A stretch of DNA of 64,000 nucleotides from NCBI RefSeq assembly GCF_964355755.1, contig NC_092672.1, forward strand, positions 14,446,001-14,510,000. Reading direction: 5' to 3'. Made by a program: the position numbers and the translations under genes. The notes under the pieces are model-generated. The model saw only the letters and a list, made by a program, of their open reading frames with translations, had not been told where the DNA came from and did no database searches. This document shows positions 10,501-22,500 of this stretch, piece by piece. Source of the stretch: Antedon mediterranea. Its lineage: Eukaryota; Animalia; Echinodermata. Each line of letters begins with the position of its first letter. Position 1 is the first letter of the stretch.

Positions 10501-13500
10501 CATTTTATTTGCATTTTATCTACACCTCATGGTTAAAATGTGTTGTTTTTCATAGAGTGTGATGATGCTTAAAACGTTATACTAGTATAACCACCAAAAC
10601 GGTTTATTATCTGTAGGAAATCATCAATTGTAACATGCGGTAAACAATACAAATTAGTTTCACAAATTATTAAAAAATAGCACAATTGTTACAAATGCAT
10701 TTAAGAAAATAAAGGTGTACAGATTTTATTTCGAAAAAGTGTAGGCCTAGACCTACAAAGATAATTTTACATAAAGTGTACAGAATAAATTAACAAAAAA
10801 AAAAAAGGTCACACATACATTAAACTAATTCTTATAAAAGTGTACAGTGTACTTTGGTTATCAGGTATATCAACTTTAATATTTTAAGTATAGGGCCTAT
10901 TTGTGGCCAACACACGGTCCCTTTTAATTGGGGGTAGAGGTCTTTTGCCGTTCGTAATTCAAACTGTTCGTAAAATTGAAGTTAATATTCTGAGATTAGG
11001 CCTATAGCCTATGATTGCAGCTTATACTAGTCAACGGTCTAAAAGAGCTGTAGTGCAGGAGGCGAAACATAAAAGTTCATTAATAAACAGTATATTATAT
11101 TATAACGATAAAGAAACGAATGTACGATACACCAATATAGCAATACAATAACTGATTAACTGAAAACTTGAAGTCTACTGTATTCCTACAATCATTCAAG
11201 TAGACATTGTTTGCTGAGTGTATGGTACTTTCTCCAAAGAGAATTCGAACGATGTGCTTTCGGACGTGTTTCTACGATTATCAGAACGGGTCGATAATGA
11301 AAAAAAAAAAAACCCAAAACAAACAAACTGTCTACTAACTCCCAAAAAAAAAAATCAATACCTATTAAATAAACTGAACCTACCCCACTAAATAATCTCT
11401 TCCATACATCAAAATCGACCGAAAATGATCTGGACATTGAAAAGTGGACACGGTCGTCTGTTCTTCTTTTCTGTTTCCACGGCTTGGGACGACATCCCTG
11501 TTAGTGATGTACGGTAGCCATGCGGTCTACACACTTATGATGACCACATCGCATAACATGTTCAGGGAACTTATTTTTCAACTCTCTGATACAATGTTTA
11601 AATACAAGTAGACTGGAAACCATTTAGGAACAGGGGGTTTCTAATAATAAAAGTTGTTTAAAACTTTAGTTATTGTCAAGGGGAATTGTTCAAGACTTGG
11701 AGTAAAAATGGTCAAGACCGGGGGAAAATGGTCAAGACAGGAAGAAAATTAAATTTCACCATTTTATAAGTTTATAGTCATTTATTGTGTTAAAATTCAT
11801 TTATTATTAGACCTGTATACGTATTCAATAACAAAAAATAACCTTGTTACATTAATAACATATCTTTAGTGGTTAAGGTAATATATTATTTCTCTGTATA
11901 CTGACGTCACAAATATAGATAAAGAGAGACTGTAACTAAATGTTTATTACTTATTAGGGTTACAGGGAGAGTTCCATGCAACATTAAAAGGTCAATTAAT
12001 GAGCCACCCAACTTAATTAAGTACCGTTACTTAACAAATGTGCTCAAACTCAATAAGGGTTACAAATCTACAAGAGACTGTAACTAAATGTTTATTACTT
12101 ATTAGGGTTACAGGGAGAGTTCCATGCAACATTAAAAGGTCAATTAATGAGCCACCCAACTTAATTAAGTACCGTTACTTAACAAATGTGCTCAAACTCA
12201 ATAAGGGTTACAAATCTACAAAAGAGGACATTTTATTTTTATACCAGGGTTAAACATTAAAAGGTCAATTACTTGAACTCTGAACATGGAAAAAATACTT
12301 GCGTCAATTGACACTTGAACTTGACCTCTACACAAGGACGAATAGACTGTGTCAATTAACCATGACCTCTGGTCCCAAAAGCATGGGGGTTTCAGTTTTC
12401 GACTTCGTCGAAATTTGAGAGCCCCCCAATAAAACGGCTGACCAGAGGTCATGGTTAATTGACACAGTCTATTCGTCCTTGTGTAGAGGTCAAGTTCAAG
12501 TGTCAATTGACGCAAGTATTTTTTCCATGTTCAGAGTTCAAGTAATTGACCTTTTAATGTTTAACCCTGGTATAAAAATAAAATGTCCTCTTTTGTAGAT
12601 TTGTAACCCTTATTGAGTTTGAGCACATTTGTTAAGTAACGGTACTTAATTAAGTTGGGTGGCTCATTAATTGACCTTTTAATGTTGCATGGAACTCTCC
12701 CTGTAACCCTAATAAGTAATAAACATTTAGTTACAGTCTCTTGTAGATTTGTAACCCTTATTGAGTTTGAGCACATTTGTTAAGTAACGGTACTTAATTA
12801 AGTTGGGTGGCTCATTAATTGACCTTTTAATGTTGCATGGAACTCTCCCTGTAACCCTAATAAGTAATAAACATTTAGTTACAGTCTCTCTTTATCTATA
12901 TTTGTGACGTCAGTATACAGAGAAATAATATATTACCTTAACCACTAAAGATATGTTATTAATGTAACAAGGTTATTTTTTGTTATTGAATACGTATACA
13001 GGTCTAATAATAAATGAATTTTAACACAATAAATGACTATAAACTTATAAAATGGTGAAATTTAATTTTCTTCCTGTCTTGACCATTTTCCCCCGGTCTT
13101 GACCATTTTTACTCCAAGTCTTGAACAATTCCCCTTGACAATAACTAAAGTTTTAAACAACTTTTATTATTAGAAACCCCCTGTTCCTAAATGGTTTCCA
13201 GTCTACTTGTATTTAAACATTGTATCAGAGAGTTGAAAAATAAGTTCCCTGAACATGTTATGCGATGTGGTCATCATAAGTGTGTAGACCGCATGGCTAC
13301 CGTACATCACTAACAGGGATGTCGTCCCAAGCCGTGGAAACAGAAAAGAAGAACAGACGACCGTGTCCACTTTTCAATGTCCAGATCATTTTCGGTCGAT
13401 TTTGATGTATGGAAGAGATTATTTAGTGGGGTAGGTTCAGTTTATTTAATAGGTATTGATTTTTTTTTTTGGGAGTTAGTAGACAGTTTGTTTGTTTTGG

Positions 13501-16500
13501 GTTTTTTTTTTTTTCATTATCGACCCGTTCTGATAATCGTAGAAACACGTCCGAAAGCACATCGTTCGAATTCTCTTTGGAGAAAGTACCATACACTCAG
13601 CAAACAATGTCTACTTGAATGATTGTAGGAATACAGTAGACTTCAAGTTTTCAGTTAATCAGTTATTGTATTGCTATATTGGTGTATCGTACATTCGTTT
13701 CTTTATCGTTATAATATAATATACTGTTTATTAATGAACTTTTATGTTTCGCCTCCTGCACTACAGCTCTTTTAGACCGTTGACTAGTATAAGCTGCAAT
13801 CATAGGCTATAGGCCTAATCTCAGAATATTAACTTCAATTTTACGAACAGTTTGAATTACGAACGGCAAAAGACCTCTACCCCCAATTAAAAGGGACCGT
13901 GTGTTGGCCACAAATAGGCCCTATACTTAAAATATTAAAGTTGATATACCTGATAACCAAAGTACACTGTACACTTTTATAAGAATTAGTTTAATGTATG
14001 TGTGACCTTTTTTTTTTTTGTTAATTTATTCTGTACACTTTATGTAAAATTATCTTTGTAGGTCTAGGCCTACACTTTTTCGAAATAAAATCTGTACACC
14101 TTTATTTTCTTAAATGCATTTGTAACAATTGTGCTATTTTTTAATAATTTGTGAAACTAATTTGTATTGTTTACCGCATGTTACAATTGATGATTTCCTA
14201 CAGATAATAAACCGTTTTGGTGGTTATACTAGTATAACGTTTTAAGCATCATCACACTCTATGAAAAACAACACATTTTAACCATGAGGTGTAGATAAAA
14301 TGCAAATAAAATGAGTTGGTTTTTAAAAGTAATCATAAGTACACTTTTTACAAAATATACGAACAACATGGAGGACTTCAAACTATACGAGTATAAACAA
14401 GTAATATAACTCTGCTAGAGAAACACTATCGATATTAACAAACGTAATTATAAACAATGAGATGGTGTAAACACCGAAAAACATAGATTACTGTATAACA
14501 ATGCATGAAAAACTTTTTATCCCTATTATCAATTTTTTCTCGCGTCGCTATGTTGACTTTTAAAAAATGGTTTTATCGTAGGTCGAGTACAAATTGGCAA
14601 GGTTTAGTTGAATGGGACTCCCACACACCTCTCCCACACTCATTCAGAGTACTATTCTTGTTTGTTATGAGTTGTCAAGAAAAAGTAAAGATATAAAGGT
14701 TTTGTGAAAAGATATTACACCTGATGAGTTAAATAATGTGTTGGCTAAAATGATGAGTGACCAACAAAATACATATCAGTAGACTTGTTACAGTACGGTA
14801 CAGTACTTGCAGTATGTGCATGTGTTGCGACGCAATGCGAAACTGTTTTACAATTGGAAAACGCTAAACGCGTCTCCTGTGATGGACAAAATTTAAAGTT
14901 ATTATAAATTCATAACGAAAATGATTTGTTTGGTGTATTTCCTTTTGTTTTGTCTATTATTTATATAAAAATTAATATATATTTATTAATGTGTACGTGT
15001 TTCCTTAATTTGTCATTTCCAGAAACTTCTACGCAAATCAGTAGCTCAGTTTTGTGATTGGTTAATTGTTCTTGTATGATAAACAGTTTAAAATAGTGAC
15101 GTCATGTTTTTCAGCCTAATATTGTGCCTCGATGATTCCATCAATACCATAAAAAATAAACCATTTACTGCGGAACCTTTTTTTTTTTTTTTTTTTTAAA
15201 TGGTGCTAGATTAAGGGATTTTTTCATCATCTACGGTAAATTAAAACATTCAGAGAACTATAGGTAACAATCAATAAGAGGATATTTACAAAGAACCGTT
15301 AAAATGTAGGCCTATGCCGTTATAAGATTTAGCCTGCAAAGCGAAGAACAAGGCCTGTACAAATTAATAATGCTTATGAACAACGGAAGATTCATAAAAA
15401 GAAAAACAAAATCTCGGTAGATAAACGTGTAGAAAAAAAGTGACAATATTTATAAAAACCAAAGTAGTTCTAAGAATATCTAATGGCAATAACCTGCACG
15501 TAAACAAATTTCCATTTTTGGCTCCGGTTGAAGGTCTTGTTTTCTGTTAAAATCTGTTAAGTGTCAAGAAATACAATTGGTAACCAAAACGTCTTTCTGT
15601 ATTCGATAATTATGATTTCTGAGTTTTTTTATGTTGTTGCAATTATGATAAAAGTAATATAAAATAATACACAGATATCGGTCATTTCTCACGATTGAAT
15701 TCATAATTTTTATTTACAATACCACTTACAGTAAAAATATCGTAGATCTACATGGTCTTTATTGTAATAATATTAATCACACATATGTAGATAAATCATT
15801 GATACATGTACGAAAATATGTGCTATTATTAGTGTTATTATAACGGGGTTTTTTTTTTTGTTTTTGTTCTGTTTAATCTACCAGTCCGTTTCAAACGTTA
15901 CAAGTACCTATTACTCTTGAAATTACGATTAAAACGCTTTAAAGAAAAACTTACACACTTATTAAAAACATAAAAAATTGTATTTAACAATTAGAAATAC
16001 ATTACAAGTTACTTTTAAGAAATTATTCGTAAAGTTAATCATTATCCACGCAATGACAAACAATCACATGATTATTAACGATCAATGGAATTAGGCCTAG
16101 ATCTAAGTGAATTAACATCAATACAATAATACAACCATTTTTAGGAATATCATCACAAAAATAATTCAACTGGTACTACTATACTAAATGAGAACAGATC
16201 ATGAACAGTTGATATTCTTGAGATCTGCAATCACTATTAAAGACTGTAGTGTTTGCGTAACATTTCTCTCATCTTTTAATATCTCTAAACGTGAGATTTA
16301 TTCTTGGTAGCTTGATGGATTGATTTTTAGGCAGTGAATGGTACCAGTACTCATTAGTGGGATAATTCATCATTAATAATGTACCGTGTTTAAGATCAAC
16401 AGTTACTGGCTCAATTATTCTTTTGGGACTCTTACCTCGCGCATCACCATGTCGAAATCTAAACATACGTGTCTGCCCCAATGATACAGAGGCGATTGGA

Positions 16501-19500
16501 CTAAAGTGATTCATGTCTTTCTCATCATCTTTGTGTTCGCCAATGTAATCACTTCCAGTAGCATATCTATAGAGTAACGACAAAATACAATAGAAAATAA
16601 AATATTTTAAGATGAGACTAAAAAAACCCCAATTATCCATTAAAACAATCTTATCTAACAAATTGCAGAAATCATACTGATAGTGTTCAATCGTTTTAGA
16701 GGTAAACTATGGACCCTTTTAATCAATAAATAAAATAAATGAATAAAATAATAAACAAGAATATTTACCGGTTGACCAAAACAAAATTGAAGTAATGTCC
16801 TGTAACCGATTTTAAAAGGTCGCGGAGATCTTTCAGGAATGGTGGCCACGGTAAAGCTGGTACTGTATTGCCTGAATATTTGTAAGTTAAGCCCGAATCG
16901 CCGAACGAAACCTGCAGAGGGGGAAACCATACAAAGAAAGTCATTTATTATTTGACGAGACGTAAATGAACACGCCCAAATAAAATAATTTACAGAAAAA
17001 GAGTAAGTAACACCTATAGCTACACAGCGGTAAATTATGGAAAAAACAAAGGAAACGATATACAAGTAATTAACAAGTCATTAATACAAAACCACGGATA
17101 AAAACATAATGGAACTAACCTGTTTTCTAGGAATATTAAACCACTTTCCGTACACTTTAACCTTTGCAAGATCTCCGGTAAAATAGTCAATCTCTTCCTC
17201 ACATTTTTTAAACAATGTATCGGCTGCTCCTTTATCAAGAAGTTGAAGGTAATCACAGTCTAAATTTTCCCCTATTATCTTTTGCACCGATAACTTATCA
17301 GGGGGTAGCAATTGATGTTCTGAATTGAATAAACGTCCTCCATTATCGCTTTTGTCAACAGTAGCCGCATTATCATTACCAACCTCCTCAATCATCTTTT
17401 GTATTTCACCGTGTTTTTCAATTATCTTGAACCACTGACTCTTTGGAAGGTTTACACCTTTTTTACCGGGTTTAAACTTGCCTCCTTCTTCAGACTGGTA
17501 ATAGCGGCGAATACACACAAATTGTTCTTCTTTCCAGTTACTAACTACCACATGAATTATGTCCGAAATGGGGATTCTTACTGCCTCCACCATGTTAATG
17601 TCTCTTTGTAAGTCTTCCAGTGCCTGAATAATTAAATCAATATTGTTGAAAAGTTTTTGCCACAGCAGAACGGGTAAATTAATACCTAGAGGACCAGGTT
17701 TGTAGACACCATTTTCTTCCGTCTGGTAATACTCTCTGAGGCAAACAGAAACAACTTCACCCCATCGCTGAGCCACCACATGACGTTTTTCAGACAAGAA
17801 AATCCGATTCGTTGATGTTACGGTAATCTTTGGGTGAGTAGACGGCATCATTGGTTTTTTAAAACCTTTACAGTCGTCAGTTTGACCGTTAAAAGATTTT
17901 ATAGAATCCATTATATTCGCTGATGTAGAAGCCACCGTTGGTAATTTTAAACTGCTACACTCGTCAGCTTGACCATTAGAACTCCCCATAACTCTTTTCA
18001 TAGTCCTACGGGCTTTCTCACCAATTGCTAATTTCGGAGTAGGTAAACAGTTGAAACTCATGTTTATAGACTGTAGAGAGTTACAGAGAGTGAAACGAAC
18101 GATTACGCTTGAATCAGGATATATATGCAGCTTAGTAGGAAAGTAGCCCAGTTCAGTAATTAAAAAGATAATGATTGCTATTTCCGGTCAATCGTTTCCG
18201 TGACACGTGCGAAACACAATTTAAATATCCTCGCACAATTAACAGCTTAAAAATAGCCTCTGAATTAATCAGGGTATTGACAAGAAAATAAACGAAATGT
18301 CTATACCGAGGCAATGAATATTCTCCTTGCATATTTAGTTCGTTGTAAACGGTATCGACTGAAACATACTTCTTATCTAGAACCTCCCGATAAAAATAGT
18401 CAATCTGTTCTTCTAGAGACTTCATACAACAGAAATCATGATCTTTTTGACTGCTCCTGTCAAATTCACAACCATAACAAGCCGCTTTACTTAAAACCCA
18501 ACACTTGGCTAACACTTGAGCAGCAAACAATTGTTTAACCAAACGCTCCATTTTCAACAAAAATTCTCTCTCCACCTCGTCCACGTACGTGAATATACAA
18601 CTTGTAGGCCTGTTACTCCTCTCGACTCCTTCTTCTATACCGACGGGGATAACCTCTTCGGCCGCCGTGTAACAATCATCTATATCACTGCCTGGAACAA
18701 CAACAGTATCCTCATCATCGCTAATTATTATAACAGTATCTACACAACTCCCTTGCGAAAAATATATACTTCCAGACATAATGAAATACTGTAAAGAGAT
18801 ACTCTACGTAAAAATAGACAAAACAACTGGAGAATAGTACAACAATAACCGCTTCACTTTGTTTTACCGTCTTAAATCGTAAATAAAGTAATGACGTCAC
18901 TCACCACGTACCAGAACCTCACGCCGAAAAATTAATAAAAAAGAGACAAAGAAACACCTGGCGGAAATTACATAACTAGTACGAAACCAGGAAAAGAACG
19001 ACCTTCATTAGAAACACCTGGCGGAAGTTACATAACTAATACAATAACAGGAAATGAACGACCTTCATTAGAAACACCTGGCGGAAACGACCTTCTTTAG
19101 AAACACCTGGCGGAAGTTACATAACTAATACAATAACAGGAAATGAACGACCTTCATTAGAAACACCTGGCGGATATTACGTAATCAGGAAATACCTCAA
19201 GGTTAACTTTGGGCTAAAGTACCTTATTTACTACTCAGGTAGGCTAACTAAATGTTTCCTTAATCAAAAGTGTAGTTTATGAGTGGTATACAGCGAATAA
19301 GCTACCGAATATCACAAGCTGCAGTATATATATATCTATATTATAAGTGAGAGAGTTTGTACGTCTGTTTGTCTGTTTGTTTGTTTGTTCGTTATACAAA
19401 TTTTTGTTACTGCATGTAACCTTACATATGGGGTACCAAAATGACCGTAATTGTACCGGGAAGGTTCTAAACTAGGGACCAAGTTGGTCCAAGTTAGGGA

Positions 19501-22500
19501 CCAAATGTTTTGTTGTTGTTAACGTTTTCCGCCCGTTTTCCGTCTTCCGACATTACGCTTTCCACAATTTGTTTCCATTTTTTCTGTTTATGGCAGGATG
19601 GTTTGTTATTGTGTTAGTGTCTACTAGTCCTTGTAAGTCTTTCTTTATTTGATTCATCCAGTTATTTCTTGGTCTTCCTACGGGTCGTTTTACTTTCCAT
19701 ATAGTTTCCTTCATTGTTTGTTTGATTGGGGTATCATCCGGTAATCTAATTATGTGTCCATACTATTTTTAGTCTCCTTCGTTTAATTCTTTTACTCCAT
19801 TCTTCTTGTTTTGTTATCTCGTATATTTTCGTGTTACACACTCTATCTGTTAATTTAATATCTATCATCTTTCGCAACATTTTAGTGAGTGAGTGAGTGG
19901 CCGAGCGGTTAAGACAGTGGAACCGTAATCATGTACTAGCCATAACATCGGCAGGGGTTCGAGGCTCACTCACTCCATGGTTCTGGTGGTAGAACGAGTC
20001 TTCTCGGATAAGGACTATAAACCGTAGGTCCAGTGTACACAACTTGCTCGTGTGCACTTTAAAGAACCTAGTACATCTTTCGAGACGAGTAGGGGGTTAC
20101 CCCGGTGTATTAGTACATCACAGCCACTGATCACCAACTGGGCCCTCTGGGAGATCAGTCTTTGACTGAAGAGGTCACCCAGTATAAAGATAAAGATTTA
20201 AAAAAACAACATGACCAAAATGTGGTCAAAATGGCCCACTTTCGATGTTTGTTCGTTATACAAATTTCTGTTTCTGCACGTAACCATACATATAGGGTAT
20301 CAAAATGATCGCAATTGTACCCGGAAGGTTCTAAACTACATTTCAAAAATTCTCCTGGAAAAATTCTTTTTGGTTTGTGATGTCATTTTTGCTTGGGCTC
20401 GGGGTTGTAGGCTATCGAAATGTAAAATTATACTACAAAAGTTTTACAGTATTTGAATTATCCTCAGGAAGGCCTTTGGGGAAATATAGATTTAGATATA
20501 CATATTTTAACCATTAACCAATATGACACCTATTCATTTACACATTTAGCAAAGTACTTTACCCATATCCAGCTATGTACCGTTACTGTGTTCAACTACA
20601 TCACCATGCCTCCAAGGAAAAACGCCCATTGTGGGAGAGGGGGGTTGGGAGATAGGTTTTGGTTGTTTGGGTTCAGGGGATTTTACTTAGGCTAGGAGTG
20701 GCTAACATAATTCGTACTTGAACCGTCTTAAAAACATCACCCAGTATCTGGGTATGTTGGGAGGAGAAGCGAAAATACTGGCGTAAGAAGAGAAAGAAGG
20801 CTGGGGGGCCGCAGTATAAAAATTATATATTTTAATTATCAGCCAATATGACACCTATTCATTTACACAGTTTAATTGAATCTGTCTTTCACTGGAAAGA
20901 GTGTGGGGTGTTATTAAGGGGTGCAGGTTGTAATATAATAGTTCTGTGATATTAAATTACAGGGGGGTTTTTAGGTAAATATTATATATTTTAATTGGAT
21001 CTACCAATTAGGTCAGCTGCTGTTGATTCCTTGTTTTAATGTACGCAGCTCTCACAACATACAGAAATTAAAAGAGTAAAATTAATGTTTAAAGTACTTC
21101 CTTTAATATGCACCATCCACAATAATGTCAACATTTGCAAAGTAATTCCAAAACAAATAAAATCCCAGAGATATCCAATAGTAATAAAGTGTAAATAATA
21201 AACTGTAGAGCTAGAGCTGGTAAAAGAAAAATAATGGCTGCTGTGCACTTGCACAGACCTGTACCCTTGCACAGGCAAACAACAACTGAACAGAACAAAA
21301 GAAAATTAGGACAAAGGAAAACAAAGGAGAAACAGCACACTGTGCACACTTGGAAAATAATATGTAAATGAGAATGCAAATAAGAAAGTAACAGAATAAA
21401 TGAATATTCATAGGGCAGAAACTTCTATAATAATAGGAAATAAAGTAATATAAAATAAATACATGCACTCTGCAGTAACATATATCTTTTACATTCAATT
21501 ATTGATCAAAGTGGATTATTATGTATATCTTTAATTCTCATTACCTTATTTTGATTATTTGTAAACCCATTCTTTACCATTATTTACTTAAAATTAGACT
21601 GTATTTTAATTATGTTAGGTATTCGTGACAGCTCGGGAGTTCGTATTTATTATACACCAACCCTTCGTCAATATGATTCAAGTATGATGATGATTGGTTT
21701 CCCTGGATCATCTTTGTTTATAATTCCCCCTAGAGAAGAAGCCTTTCGGGTATATGGTTCCTGTAGTGCCACATGTACAAAGCAGGTATTATTTTCAGTT
21801 TTATTCTTTTAAGCCTCAAAACAAGAAAAAAAAAACAATTTTGACAAATGAATACAGTAATGAAAATGAAATACCAGAGAAAGTAGGCCTACCATTATTA
21901 TGATATCCAGTTTTGTATCAATAACGATATAATTATTTGGCATCTTTTGTTGTTTTTGTTGTGGTTAAATATTGTCCCCTTGATAGACGTGTCCCCTGAG
22001 GGATTTGCTGTAGTATCAATATTTCCCCTCAGTGTCCCCTAAATCGGGGTTTCCCAAAAAGGGGTTCTACTGTACATATGTGGTGGTTTAACCGCAGGAA
22101 TAAACTATATTCATCGGTTGTGCAATTTAATATTTAATGTTTTTACATCACAATTAGGTCCAACCCCACGGGCTTTCATATTATAGATTATATTATGTAT
22201 ATTTGTTTGTGCTAAAATTAGTTTGTTTTAAATGCTCCACCATTTTGTCACTATAACCCAGTAGGTTGGAGAGCTGGATTAGGCCCTAAGCAATTAAAAC
22301 CAGGTTCAACACATAATAATGTAACAGTAAAGTATCAATTTATCTATTTATTTTATGATTTGAACATGATAATCCATCTCACAGATGTTGTCTGGGGAAG
22401 AAATGAAGATATTTGCCGTCAGTTTCCATGCACATTTAGCAGGTATGCTTAGAGAGAACGTTTGCTCATTAGTTATACAATGTTTGCTATTACACGCAGT

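Larger units (their letters stand above)
5583..19235. mobile_element. Giant palindromic, non-autonomous Polinton/Maverick-type element (13,653 bp; two ~6.8-kb inverted arms plus a 65-bp central hairpin spacer)
   Basis: Starts AGTAGTAAATAAGGTACTTTAGCCC (5583) and ends GGGCTAAAGTACCTTATTTACTACT (19235). 6-bp TSD CAGGTA at 5577-5582 and 19236-19241. ORFs are mirrored with constant coordinate sums (24814 inner, 24818 outer). A 6-bp TSD with AG...CT ends made of short AGT repeats is the established Polinton/Maverick signature. No pPolB, integrase or capsid ORF seen. Confidence 0.88.

Noticed and set aside
12038-12776. 71-aa and 99-aa ORFs around the palindrome centre
   Set aside because: They arise from the 148-bp repeats and the hairpin, have non-ATG or weak starts, and show no recognisable motifs.
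5583-19235. Palindrome as a pure assembly or fold-back read artefact
   Set aside because: Both ends have proper element termini and a 6-bp TSD, host exons continue in phase on either side, the centre is an asymmetric 65-bp spacer, and the arms differ by an indel. Read-level confirmation is still needed.
19330-19500. Helitron-like 5' end (TCTATATTATAAG...(GTTT)n), partly repeated at ~20240-20340
   Set aside because: Suggestive only; I could not identify a matching 3' hairpin/CTAG end with confidence.
19890-19975. tRNA gene
   Set aside because: A and B boxes are present but run into a SINE body and tail; this is a tRNA-derived SINE head.
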